Source: a virus (taxonomy: Duplodnaviria; Caudoviricetes). From it: a stretch of 35,457 bases of DNA. Where the stretch lies: positions 1 to 35,457 of IMG/VR virus record IMGVR_UViG_3300025018_000332; one strand, 5' to 3'. Numbering within the stretch: the stretch's first letter is position 1; each line of letters opens with the position of its first letter. A program made the translations under genes and the position numbers. Under the pieces are notes generated by a model, which was given only the letters and a program-made list of their open reading frames with translations, searched no databases and had not been told where the DNA came from. Positions 8,663 to 17,518 of the stretch are shown here, piece by piece.

Positions 8663-9616
8663 ATGTCAAATACAACATCCACACAAATTCCTGCTGGACA
8701 AGGTTTCTATGATAGAAATCTATTAGTTCGTGCAGTCTCTAACTTCGTCCACACCAGATGGGGTCAACAGAGAGATATCCCTGCAAACATGGGAGAAACA
8801 ATTAAATTTAGAAGATATGGTAATCTTTCAGCAGCTACTACAGCTCTAACTGAAGCAGTTACTCCTAGTGGAAGTGCATTATCGGTTACTGACATTACAG
8901 CTACACCACTTCAATATGGTGATTATGTAACATTAAGTGATTATGTTAGTTTTACTACTCTAGATCCTATCTTGACCGAAACAAGTGAAATCCTTGGTGA
9001 TCAAGCTGGTGATACTTTAGATCAACTTTGTAGAGACGTTTTAGTAGCTGGTTCAACAGTTCAATACGCATCTACAGCTACTGCTCGTAATGAAGTTACT
9101 GCTGCTATGACACTTGATGTTGCAGAAGTCAGAGAAGCCGTCAGAACTCTAGAAGAGAACAAAGCTAAAATGATCATGGAACAAATTGATGCAGAAGATG
9201 CTTTCAATACTGTACCTATCGGAAAAGCTTATGTTGGTATTACCCACCCAAGAACATTATTTGACCTTAAAGGTGAAACAGGATTCGTTCCAGTTGTTAA
9301 ATACCCAAGTCAATCAATGGTTATGGATGGTGAAAAAGGTTCAGTAGACGATGTGAGATTTGTTTCTACACCAAATGCTAAAGTCTTCACAGGCGAAGGA
9401 GCTGGCTCAGTAGATGTTTACGCTACTATGATCTTAGCTAGAGATGCTTATGGTATTTCAAGAATCAGTGGTAAAGCTCTTGAGAATATCATTAAACCTC
9501 TTGGAGCTGGTGAAGATCCATTAAATCAAAGAGCTACTTCAGGTTGGAAAGCAACTTTTGTAGCAAAAAGATTAAATGAATCATTCATGGTTCGTATTGA
9601 ACATGGAGCTTCTTAA
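8663..9616 (+). CDS. major capsid protein, N4-gp56-like family
   Basis: FYDRNLL..IPANMGETIKFRRY..LTEAVTPSG..QYGDYV..DPLNQRATSGWKA; strong SD AAGGAG. Confidence 0.92.
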   Translation: MSNTTSTQIPAGQGFYDRNLLVRAVSNFVHTRWGQQRDIPANMGETIKFRRYGNLSAATTALTEAVTPSGSALSVTDITATPLQYGDYVTLSDYVSFTTLDPILTETSEILGDQAGDTLDQLCRDVLVAGSTVQYASTATARNEVTAAMTLDVAEVREAVRTLEENKAKMIMEQIDAEDAFNTVPIGKAYVGITHPRTLFDLKGETGFVPVVKYPSQSMVMDGEKGSVDDVRFVSTPNAKVFTGEGAGSVDVYATMILARDAYGISRISGKALENIIKPLGAGEDPLNQRATSGWKATFVAKRLNESFMVRIEHGAS

Positions 9617-9629
9617 TTAAAAATATAGC

Positions 9630-9654
9630 GGGGGGGTAGTTAACCTATCTCCCC
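9630..9654 (+). other. GC-rich stem-loop after MCP (no T tract; possible stabiliser or processing site)
   Basis: GGGGGGGTAG-TTAAC-CTATCTCCCC. Confidence 0.5.
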
Positions 9655-9672
9655 ACAGTAAAGGAATATAAT

Positions 9673-9867
9673 ATGCCAGAAATTACCCCATCAGGCTCAA
9701 TGAGCCACGCAGAACTTCAAGCGTTATTAGAGGCTATTTTAGTTGATATGACCGCTTTAAGAACTGCTATTGTAGGTATCACAGCACAATTAGATGCAGA
9801 CGCAGGTGTTACAGACACTGATTATGCAGCAACTAATGACCCAGCAGCTTTAACAGTTACTACCTAA
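9673..9867 (+). CDS. small virion/capsid decoration-like protein, paralogue 1
   Basis: SD AAGGA; shares ITAQLDADAGVTDTDYAA with the next gene. Confidence 0.65.
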   Translation: MPEITPSGSMSHAELQALLEAILVDMTALRTAIVGITAQLDADAGVTDTDYAATNDPAALTVTT

Positions 9868-10046
9868 TTAATTGAAAGGAATTGAGAAATGTCAAAATTT
9901 CAACCAGGAATCGGAGACGGTAACTATGATTTGGAAAGATATCTAGAAGGTATTAAAACAGATTTATTAGCTCTTGAAGCAGCTATTGAAGTAATCACAG
10001 CACAATTAGACGCAGACGCAGGTGTTACAGACACCGACTATGCAGC
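9778..10046 (+). repeat. 53-bp direct repeat (9778-9830 and 9994-10046)
   Basis: ATCACAGCACAATTAGAYGCAGACGCAGGTGTTACAGACACYGAYTATGCAGC with 3 synonymous T/C differences. Confidence 0.9.
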
Positions 10047-10077
10047 TAACGCTAACCCTACTTTAGTTACTAGTTAA
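9889..10077 (+). CDS. small virion/capsid decoration-like protein, paralogue 2
   Basis: SD AAGGA; shares an 18-aa block with the previous gene. Confidence 0.65.
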   Translation: MSKFQPGIGDGNYDLERYLEGIKTDLLALEAAIEVITAQLDADAGVTDTDYAANANPTLVTS

Positions 10078-10093
10078 AGACTTGTCCTAAAAA

Positions 10094-10128
10094 ACCAATA
10101 GACCCGTGTAAAAGCGGGTCTTTTTGGT
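10094..10128 (+). terminator. intrinsic terminator after the capsid cluster, overlapping the next extended -10 (TGG-TATACT 10125-10133)
   Basis: AGACCCG-TGTAAAAG-CGGGTCT-TTTT. Confidence 0.75.
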
Positions 10129-10167
10129 ATACTGATATATATAATAAAAAGGTGAAAGGAAAAACCT

Positions 10168-10779
10168 ATGCCAAAAGCAAACAAAAAGACTGGTTCAAAG
10201 AAATTTGATCCAAGAGATAAAGATAGCTCCACTAATGTAGAAGAAACCCCCAAAATGACCCCTTCTAATGAATCTAACCAAGGAAAATCTGATCTTCAAC
10301 AAGCTCTTTCAGTAATTGCCACATTGACTTCACAAGTTCAGGGACTTACTACACAAGTTCAAGCTCTTTCAGATAGTCAATCAAAGACTGATGATAATGT
10401 AGAAAAATTTAGAAGAGAGACAGCAGAACAAAAAATAGCGAACTTAGCTAAAGTTGACGCACAAAGAAAGTCTAAAAGAAGAATCATGAAGGAAAAATGG
10501 GATAAGCAAGAAAAAGTAGCTATGTTCGTTCCTTATGAGGGAAATGAGAAGAAGGGATCTAGAATGCCAGTTCAGGCTAATGGATATTCTTATATTCATA
10601 CTGATGGATTTGTTGGAGTTCCAAAAGGAAGTTATGTTCAAGTTCCAAAAGGTGTATTTGACATCGTTTCAGAGAGCTTAGGTCAACAGATTGAAAACAT
10701 GGGATATGATTCAAGAATTGATACCAGAGAAGTAAATGCTGACGGAGGTAAATTCGATCCTGAGAAATTAATCAGATAA
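10168..10779 (+). CDS. conserved protein found after N4-gp56-like capsid genes
   Basis: coiled coil plus PVQANGYSY..VPKGSYVQVP motif. Confidence 0.65.
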   Translation: MPKANKKTGSKKFDPRDKDSSTNVEETPKMTPSNESNQGKSDLQQALSVIATLTSQVQGLTTQVQALSDSQSKTDDNVEKFRRETAEQKIANLAKVDAQRKSKRRIMKEKWDKQEKVAMFVPYEGNEKKGSRMPVQANGYSYIHTDGFVGVPKGSYVQVPKGVFDIVSESLGQQIENMGYDSRIDTREVNADGGKFDPEKLIR

Positions 10780-10800
10780 TATTTAAGTATTGATTATATT

Positions 10801-10828
10801 AAACCGCTCCTATATTGGGGCGGTTTTT
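10801..10828 (+). terminator. intrinsic terminator
   Basis: AAACCGCTCC-TATATT-GGGGCGGTTT-TT; TATAAT follows at 10834-10839. Confidence 0.75.
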
Positions 10829-10847
10829 ATGTATATAATGAATTACC

Positions 10848-11579
10848 ATGAAAGGCACAAACTTTACCTCATACATCCGTAAACTAACTAAAACAAACAC
10901 AACTTCATTTCCTGATGCAGACGTTGTTTTATTTGCAAACATTGTAAAAGATATGTTCGCCACAGAGATTAAGAAAGCAGACGAAGAGCTTTTTACTATT
11001 GAGATGACTACTAATCTAAAGGCGTCAACTTCTGGAGATCTGACTACAAGAGAATATCCATTAGATACGGATATAATCAATATTAAAAGAGTCCAGGCTT
11101 TGTTTGATGGCACTAATTGGATTAAATTAGGTGAAGTCGATCCTACAGAGTTTACTAGTCCATTAACAGAATCAGATATTACTAATATATTCTCTAATCA
11201 ATATCCTAACGCTAAATATGATTTATCAGGAGGATCTTTAAAGATTTATTCGGGTACTATTTCAGCAGTTACAGATGGCCTTAAATTATTTGCAGAGATC
11301 TATGCAGAAGATATTGATTCAGATGCTTTATCTTCAGTAGCAGATCTGTCAGTTCCTTCTTCAAGCACTAAATTTAGATTACCTGTCCAGTTTCATGAAC
11401 TATGGGCAAGAAAAATATCAATAATGTATAAGTCAAGTAAAGAGAAACCAATTACTTTATCTGACTTTGAGCAACAGTTCCCTACAGACTTTGCAGATCA
11501 AATAGAAGCTATAACAAATTCAACAACTGATAGAGATAATCTAATGGAACTTCCTGACGATACCGATCTACAGTTATAA
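10848..11579 (+). CDS. head-tail adaptor protein
   Basis: position; REYPLDTD and LPVQFHELW motifs resemble podovirus adaptors. Confidence 0.65.
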   Translation: MKGTNFTSYIRKLTKTNTTSFPDADVVLFANIVKDMFATEIKKADEELFTIEMTTNLKASTSGDLTTREYPLDTDIINIKRVQALFDGTNWIKLGEVDPTEFTSPLTESDITNIFSNQYPNAKYDLSGGSLKIYSGTISAVTDGLKLFAEIYAEDIDSDALSSVADLSVPSSSTKFRLPVQFHELWARKISIMYKSSKEKPITLSDFEQQFPTDFADQIEAITNSTTDRDNLMELPDDTDLQL

Positions 11580-11580
11580 T

Positions 11581-11676
11581 TTGACTTTATAGCAACAAAA
11601 TAATAAACTTAATTAATATTGAGCTAACGGAAAAACCGAGGCACTTACCAATTAAAAGGTAGTGCCTTTTTTATTT
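11581..11676 (+). promoter_or_regulatory. attenuator element A3 in the tail-operon leader
   Basis: TTGACT-17-TAAACT promoter; GCTAACGGAAAAACCGA 11623-11639; stem AGGCACT(T)ACC-AATTAAAA-GGTAGTGCCT followed by TTTTTATTT. Confidence 0.82.
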
Positions 11677-11690
11677 ATTAAAAGGAAATT

Positions 11691-11975
11691 ATGCACACAG
11701 CAAAAATACTAGACATAAAAGAAGATTCTTACACAAGTGGAGAGGCATTTTTAGACGTTGAAATTGGAATCTTTGAAGGCAAGAAACAGTTAGATGTTAG
11801 AAAACAAGCAGTTTCACCAGAGACATCAGAAAAGGATATTAAAGCTATTGTTAAGAAGATCATAGACCTTTACAACAAAGAGGCTGAAATGGCCGTCTTA
11901 GATGCCAAGAAACAAGAAAAGAAAAGTAAGATAAACAAAACTATTAACAATTTAAAAGGAGAATCAATATTATGA
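11691..11975 (+). CDS. hypothetical protein
   Basis: SD AAGGA; first gene after A3. Confidence 0.75.
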   Translation: MHTAKILDIKEDSYTSGEAFLDVEIGIFEGKKQLDVRKQAVSPETSEKDIKAIVKKIIDLYNKEAEMAVLDAKKQEKKSKINKTINNLKGESIL

Positions 11976-12547
11976 AATCACCTATTGAAAAACAAGCACG
12001 TTTTAAATTAAATCTAAACGTACAGTATGCACTCAAAGATAAAGATGGAAACTTTAAACCTATCTTTAAACTAAATAAACTAGGAAACTTCTTACTTAAA
12101 AAAGGTATTATTACTCCTTTCACAAAGAACTTCTTACTCGGATCTAATGTTAATGTAATGAATATTAGCAATCTCATTACTAATGCGGGTGCAGCTGGAG
12201 TAGCATCGCGTATTAACGGAGACGGTTCAGAAGCAGTATTTACTTACATTGCCGTTGGTACTGGTACTACTGCTGCTAATGTAACTAATACAACACTAGA
12301 AACAGAGTTAGCTACCTCAGGTCTTTCAAGAGCGGCTGCTACTGCTTCAAGAGTTACTACTGATGTTACAAATGATACAGCACAGTTAGTTAAATCATTT
12401 ACTGTTACAGGTACTGCTGCAGTTACTGAATCAGGAGTATTAAACGCTGCTTCATCTGGAACTCTATTAGCTAGACAAGTATTCTCAGCTATCAATGTGG
12501 TAAATGGGGATTCACTTCAGATCACTTGGAAGTTTGACGTAGATTAA
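11972..12547 (+). CDS. tail-collar/fibre-associated structural protein
   Basis: NLITNAG..TYIAVGTGTTAA..TTLETE..ESGVLNAASSGTLLAR..LQITW motif set. Confidence 0.7.
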   Translation: MKSPIEKQARFKLNLNVQYALKDKDGNFKPIFKLNKLGNFLLKKGIITPFTKNFLLGSNVNVMNISNLITNAGAAGVASRINGDGSEAVFTYIAVGTGTTAANVTNTTLETELATSGLSRAAATASRVTTDVTNDTAQLVKSFTVTGTAAVTESGVLNAASSGTLLARQVFSAINVVNGDSLQITWKFDVD

Positions 12548-12569
12548 TAAATAGATATAGAAACAAAGG

Positions 12570-12605
12570 ATGTCCCTCATACCCACCTTGGGATGGGGGA
12601 CGTTT
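12570..12605 (+). terminator. stem-loop / weak terminator
   Basis: ATGTCCCTCATACCC-ACCTT-GGGATGGGGGACGT-TT. Confidence 0.55.
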
Positions 12606-12621
12606 AAAATATATATAAATA

Positions 12622-12672
12622 ATGCCTATAGAACTTAATTCCACTAGCTTACTTAATGAGGGGAGGAAATAA
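12622..12672 (+). CDS. 16-aa mini-ORF coupled to the fibre gene (possible gene remnant)
   Basis: MPIELNSTSLLNEGRK*; TAATG overlap; contains the GGAGG SD for the gene at 12672. Confidence 0.35.
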   Translation: MPIELNSTSLLNEGRK

Positions 12673-15374
12673 TGGCTTTTCCCGTTGGCTGGACTTCCTA
12701 CCAGATAAAAACAGACCCTACTAAAGTCTCAGGATCATCTAATCTAACTGATTTTCCAGCTTTAATCTCTAGTGCTAATTTAAGTAGTGCTGTTTATGCG
12801 GGGTTACAGCAAGGTGGAAGTAATGTAACTGCTACTAACCTAGAAACAAGTGGAACTGGAACAGATGCCACTTCTTTTGATACTGGCTCTATTTCTCCCA
12901 CATTGGGAAGACTAGTTTTAGTTTCAGTATCAAGTGTTTCAACAGCATCAGCACCAGTAAATATTCCTACTGTTTCTGGTGCAGGTATGACTTGGACACA
13001 AGTAGCCACAGCTTTAGAAACAGAAAACTCATATAGAAGAATTACTTTATTTAGAGGTGTATCAGTTGGAAATAGTGGTGCTTTAACATTAGACTTCGCA
13101 GGTGAATCACAGTTAAGATGTGGTTGGTCTATTACAGAAATAAATAATGTAGATACAGGAGGAACTAACGGAGCTAACGCTATTGTTCAATCAGCAACAG
13201 CTGTTCAAAGTGATGCTGGTAGTTATACAGGTTTAACAGTAACGCTTGGTGCTTTTTCAAGCACAAACAATGCTACTTTTGGAGCAGTTCAACAACAAAC
13301 AGGAGGTGTTATTACTCCTGGCTCTGGATTTACAGAACTTGGGGAAACTTCTGCATTAGACAGTATTGCCGTTACTCAAACTCAATGGAAAAATAGTAAT
13401 GATACTTCTGTTGATTGGTCTTGGGCTTCTGGAGTAAGTAGAGCAACAGCAATAGCAATAGAGTTAAAATATAAAAATCAAGGTGGAGAAGACCTCCGTA
13501 TAACCACCGACTCAGCAGGAACTACTGAAATCCCCTTTGAAATAGTCTCACTAGATACAGTAGCTGAAACCTGTGAAATCTGGACTAAGATCCCAACCCT
13601 TGATTATGATGATAATACCTCAATCTACATCTGGTATGGAAATGCTAATGCTTTACCTTATAGTGCTAGTGATACTTATGGAAGTCAGGCGGTGTGGAGT
13701 GATTATGCTGGTGTTTTTCACTTAAACAACAATCTTGATTCTACCTCCTATTCTAATAGTGCAAGTAACATCGGGACTCCAACATATACGACTGGAAAAA
13801 TCGGAAATGGTTTTAGCTTAGACGGATCATCTGATGCTCTACAAATTCCTGACGGAGCTGAGTTAACCCTGTCTAATGGAACACTTCAAGCGTGGGCTAA
13901 TCCAACCTCAATTGCTTCCAGTCAAATGATTTTAACCAGTAATTTAACAGGAAATAATAGTGGAGACTTCAGATTTTGGTTAAACACTAGTGGTTATTTA
14001 GTTTTTGATATTAACAATGGTACATCGGATATAAAACTAACTGGAGATGATGCCTTATCTACAAGTACCTGGTCTTTTGCTTCAGCTGTATTTGGAACAG
14101 GTGGGATGAAGATTTATAAAAATGGTGTTCTTGATAATAGCAACGCAACAACAACGGCAATAGGAACTGTTTCTTGGGACTGGTTTATTGGTGTTTGGAA
14201 ATATACTGCATCTGATCTAGTAAATTGGTTTGTAGGTATGTTAGATGAAATAAGAATTTGTTCCTTACAGAGAAGTGCTGATTTTCAAGTTACCGAATAC
14301 AACAATCAAAATGATCCTGGGAGTTTTTGGGTTACTTCGATTAATTATACAGAAACATATACAGAGAGTATTTCTTTAGCCGATAGTTTATTAAGATATC
14401 CAGATAGAACTTTGTTAGAATCACTATCAATAGTAGATTCAATAATAAATTCAGCAACCTTTAATAGAATATACACAGAGACACTCAGCATTATAGATAA
14501 TATGGTCAAGCTACCATCAAGGATATTCACAGATAATCTACTAGTAGCGGACTCACTATTAAGATTACCTTCAAGAAATTTATCAGAATCAGTATCAGTA
14601 ACAGATACGTTGATTAAGATTCCTGGAAGAATATTATCAGAGACAGTATCGTTAATAGATTCGATAATAAGATTCCCTAAGAAAGTTATTACTAACACTA
14701 TAAATTTAGTAGATACTTTTACTGGAGAACTAACAGGTCAGAAGGTACTTGCAGAAACCATTAGGTTAGTTGACACGTTTAATACATCATTTCAGAGATC
14801 TTTATCAGAGGCACTATCAGTTACAGACAATTTAATAAAAGAAGGTCAAAAAAGGCTATCTGAATCACTCACAATACTAGATACATTTGAAAGAGGCTTG
14901 TTCAAAGTTATTACAGAAACAGTAACTATCACAGACACATTTATTACTTCAATGCAAAGAGTTTTAAGTGAAACAATTACGTTAGTAGATTCAGTAATTA
15001 AGTCATCTTTAAAACAGTTACAAGAAACAATTACATTAGTGGATAATTTTAATAAAGGATTGTTCTACCAGATATCAGAAACTCTATCATTAACAGACAC
15101 TATAAATAATATTAGAACAGCATTTAAATCATTAACAGAATCAGTATCTATACTAGATACAATAGCTAATTTACACGGAAAACTCTTGTCAGAGACAATA
15201 TCTTTAACAGATAGCATTACAAGATCGGTAAATGGTGTCTTAGTAAGTGGATGGGTTAGAGTAAATAAAGCAGCAGATGTAACATGGACTAGGCTAGAAA
15301 GAGCTGCTACTGTAACATGGAATAAGGTTGGTAAAGCAGCCTCAGTAATTTGGACACGAAAGGGAAGACCATAA
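12672..15374 (+). CDS. tail fibre/adhesin with DUF2341-like, LamG-like and C-terminal repeat regions
   Basis: LTDFPAL..DLRITT..EIPFEI..IWTKIP..YIWYGN (DUF2341-like); GKIGNG..MKIYKNG..GMLDEIRI (LamG-like); ~19-aa E(T/S)(I/V/L)S(L/I)xD repeats. Confidence 0.75.
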   Translation: MAFPVGWTSYQIKTDPTKVSGSSNLTDFPALISSANLSSAVYAGLQQGGSNVTATNLETSGTGTDATSFDTGSISPTLGRLVLVSVSSVSTASAPVNIPTVSGAGMTWTQVATALETENSYRRITLFRGVSVGNSGALTLDFAGESQLRCGWSITEINNVDTGGTNGANAIVQSATAVQSDAGSYTGLTVTLGAFSSTNNATFGAVQQQTGGVITPGSGFTELGETSALDSIAVTQTQWKNSNDTSVDWSWASGVSRATAIAIELKYKNQGGEDLRITTDSAGTTEIPFEIVSLDTVAETCEIWTKIPTLDYDDNTSIYIWYGNANALPYSASDTYGSQAVWSDYAGVFHLNNNLDSTSYSNSASNIGTPTYTTGKIGNGFSLDGSSDALQIPDGAELTLSNGTLQAWANPTSIASSQMILTSNLTGNNSGDFRFWLNTSGYLVFDINNGTSDIKLTGDDALSTSTWSFASAVFGTGGMKIYKNGVLDNSNATTTAIGTVSWDWFIGVWKYTASDLVNWFVGMLDEIRICSLQRSADFQVTEYNNQNDPGSFWVTSINYTETYTESISLADSLLRYPDRTLLESLSIVDSIINSATFNRIYTETLSIIDNMVKLPSRIFTDNLLVADSLLRLPSRNLSESVSVTDTLIKIPGRILSETVSLIDSIIRFPKKVITNTINLVDTFTGELTGQKVLAETIRLVDTFNTSFQRSLSEALSVTDNLIKEGQKRLSESLTILDTFERGLFKVITETVTITDTFITSMQRVLSETITLVDSVIKSSLKQLQETITLVDNFNKGLFYQISETLSLTDTINNIRTAFKSLTESVSILDTIANLHGKLLSETISLTDSITRSVNGVLVSGWVRVNKAADVTWTRLERAATVTWNKVGKAASVIWTRKGRP

Positions 15375-17188
15375 TGGGAAACTCAAAAATATCTACAGTT
15401 GTATTAGAGAATTTTAACCTCGGAGGATTAGCTGATTCTGATTGGTCAGGGCTTAAAAACTCTATGTCTGATCTAGTGGGTTTAGATTTACATTCAACTC
15501 CAGGATTAGTTAAAGTAAGACAGAAGCTAACAAAGGAAACTACGGGAACTCCTGCTGATGAGTTTTGTTTAGTTGCAGTCAATACTTCTGATGGTGATAG
15601 TTATTGGTTTTCGTCAGAGAGTGGAAAGATATGGAGAGAGTCTAGTAGTACATATACTTTAGCCCATACAACAACCCCAGAAACGGGGGAAGCTAAATGT
15701 TTGGGAGCAGAAGAATATAATGGTTATCTTTATTGGTTTACAGAGAACAGAGTACATAGGATAGCTATTAGTGGTTTATCAGATTGGCCTACTAATGCAC
15801 AGGAAGACTGGGCAGAGTTAAACCTAGAACAAACAGAATTAGGTGGTACTGGCCAGACATACACACTAGGAACATCTATAGCTGAGACAGCAACACATAG
15901 ACAAACATTTACTTCATATATATCTCCGATTGAATCAGTAGCAGTTAACATAGCTGGTGTTGGCACAGGGGACTGGACTCTGACAATACATGATTCAAGT
16001 AATAATTCATTGGGAAGTAAGACAATTTCCAACGGGAGTTTGGCTACTGGATGGAACTTCTTTGAGTTTTCTTCGGTGCTATATCCTGTAAAAGGTGATG
16101 AATATCATATTCACATAACATCTACAGTAGCTGATGGAACAGTAACATCGGGAACAACTACTGATTTAGAGGATGGAAATATTAAAATATATACAACCTC
16201 AGGTTCGGAGTATCATCCAACAAAAGTATTAAACGGGATTCTATTTATAGGAGACAGACACTACGTACATCAAGTAGAAGGACAATTATTTACAGCTCAG
16301 GCTTTAGATTTAGTACCACCTTTGATAATTAAATCACTTGGAGTAGTTGGTAATGATCTGTTAATTGGTACGATTGTTAATAATACAGTATCTAAAACAA
16401 AGATCTATAGATGGGATACCTACTCAGTTAGTTTTTTCTCATCAGATCCTATTGATGAAGTTGGTATTAATTCTTTCTTAGAGTCAGATAATAATATTTT
16501 TGTTAACGCTGGTTTACAGGGTAATATTTATATTTATAACGGTGAACAACTGGAATTATTCTATAAAATTCCAGGAGACTACACACCAACTAAATACGGA
16601 ACGATTCACCCTAATTCAAACGCTAATCTAGCTGGTCAAGTATTATTCGGGTTTTCTAATGGATCAGGCAATCCTACAGAGCAAGGAGTATACACTTTAG
16701 GAAGAAATTCTAGAAACTATCCAAATGTAATAGATCTTTCATATCCAATTAGTGAGCGAAGTGAGGGAGAATTCGTGCTGAGTGGCATTGAAATCGGGGC
16801 AATTTTAGTAAAAGGATCAGATCTATATGTAGCATGGAAAAATGGCAGTACAAAGGGAATAGACAAGTTAGACTACTCAACAAAATTGGACGGGGCTTAT
16901 ATGACTTCTCGTGTCATGAGATGGTCAAGAGATATTATTACTACAGTAAATGAGATTATACTGGCTTATGAGTCAATGCCAGCATCATGTGATATTGATA
17001 TGTTTACAGATGCTAATTACTCAGGTTTTTCAGGCACAGCAGATACAACTGTTCTAGATACTGATAGGAAGATAATTAGTAAGCAGGAGCGATTAGAATT
17101 AAATACCCTAAGAGTTAAAATATTGTTTACTACAAATTTAAACGATGCACCAACTTTAGAATCATTACTAGTTAATATTGATAGGTAA
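15374..17188 (+). CDS. tail nozzle/tubular beta-propeller protein
   Basis: size, position and beta-rich composition; probable start at the TAATG overlap at 15374 (track start 15350). Confidence 0.6.
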   Translation: MGNSKISTVVLENFNLGGLADSDWSGLKNSMSDLVGLDLHSTPGLVKVRQKLTKETTGTPADEFCLVAVNTSDGDSYWFSSESGKIWRESSSTYTLAHTTTPETGEAKCLGAEEYNGYLYWFTENRVHRIAISGLSDWPTNAQEDWAELNLEQTELGGTGQTYTLGTSIAETATHRQTFTSYISPIESVAVNIAGVGTGDWTLTIHDSSNNSLGSKTISNGSLATGWNFFEFSSVLYPVKGDEYHIHITSTVADGTVTSGTTTDLEDGNIKIYTTSGSEYHPTKVLNGILFIGDRHYVHQVEGQLFTAQALDLVPPLIIKSLGVVGNDLLIGTIVNNTVSKTKIYRWDTYSVSFFSSDPIDEVGINSFLESDNNIFVNAGLQGNIYIYNGEQLELFYKIPGDYTPTKYGTIHPNSNANLAGQVLFGFSNGSGNPTEQGVYTLGRNSRNYPNVIDLSYPISERSEGEFVLSGIEIGAILVKGSDLYVAWKNGSTKGIDKLDYSTKLDGAYMTSRVMRWSRDIITTVNEIILAYESMPASCDIDMFTDANYSGFSGTADTTVLDTDRKIISKQERLELNTLRVKILFTTNLNDAPTLESLLVNIDR

Positions 17189-17190
17189 TT

Positions 17191-17517
17191 ATGGCACAAC
17201 CATCACCATTTACAGATGTAAAGTCTAAACCACTATTTACTGATCAGGGAAAGATAAATGGATCTAGTTATTTAAAAGACCTTAGAAAATTAAGTGTTGG
17301 AGTAGGTGGTGAGGCGGTTAAGGCTGATAGATCTGGTTTATGGGCAGGTGCTAATAGATTTGCAGATGCTCCATTTAAGATTAATATGTTGGGTCAGTTA
17401 TTTGCCCAATCAACAGGAGGACAGATACAAATAGATACACCTAATAATAGAATTGTTATCTATGATGCTAGTGGAGTACCAAGGATTTTAATCGGTTTTC
17501 AATTTGAAGGATTTTAG
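17191..17517 (+). CDS. small tail protein
   Basis: GLWAGANRFADAPF..RIVIYDASGVPRILIG tail-tip-like motif. Confidence 0.6.
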   Translation: MAQPSPFTDVKSKPLFTDQGKINGSSYLKDLRKLSVGVGGEAVKADRSGLWAGANRFADAPFKINMLGQLFAQSTGGQIQIDTPNNRIVIYDASGVPRILIGFQFEGF

Positions 17518-17518
17518 C

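Noticed and set aside
9778-10046. DGR template/variable repeat pair
   Set aside because: Differences are synonymous T/C changes at third codon positions inside two intact genes, and no reverse transcriptase is present.
3921-11645. Repeated ~20-bp motif read as CRISPR repeats or att sites
   Set aside because: Copies are kilobases apart, tied to promoters and terminators, with no spacer array, cas gene or integrase in the window.
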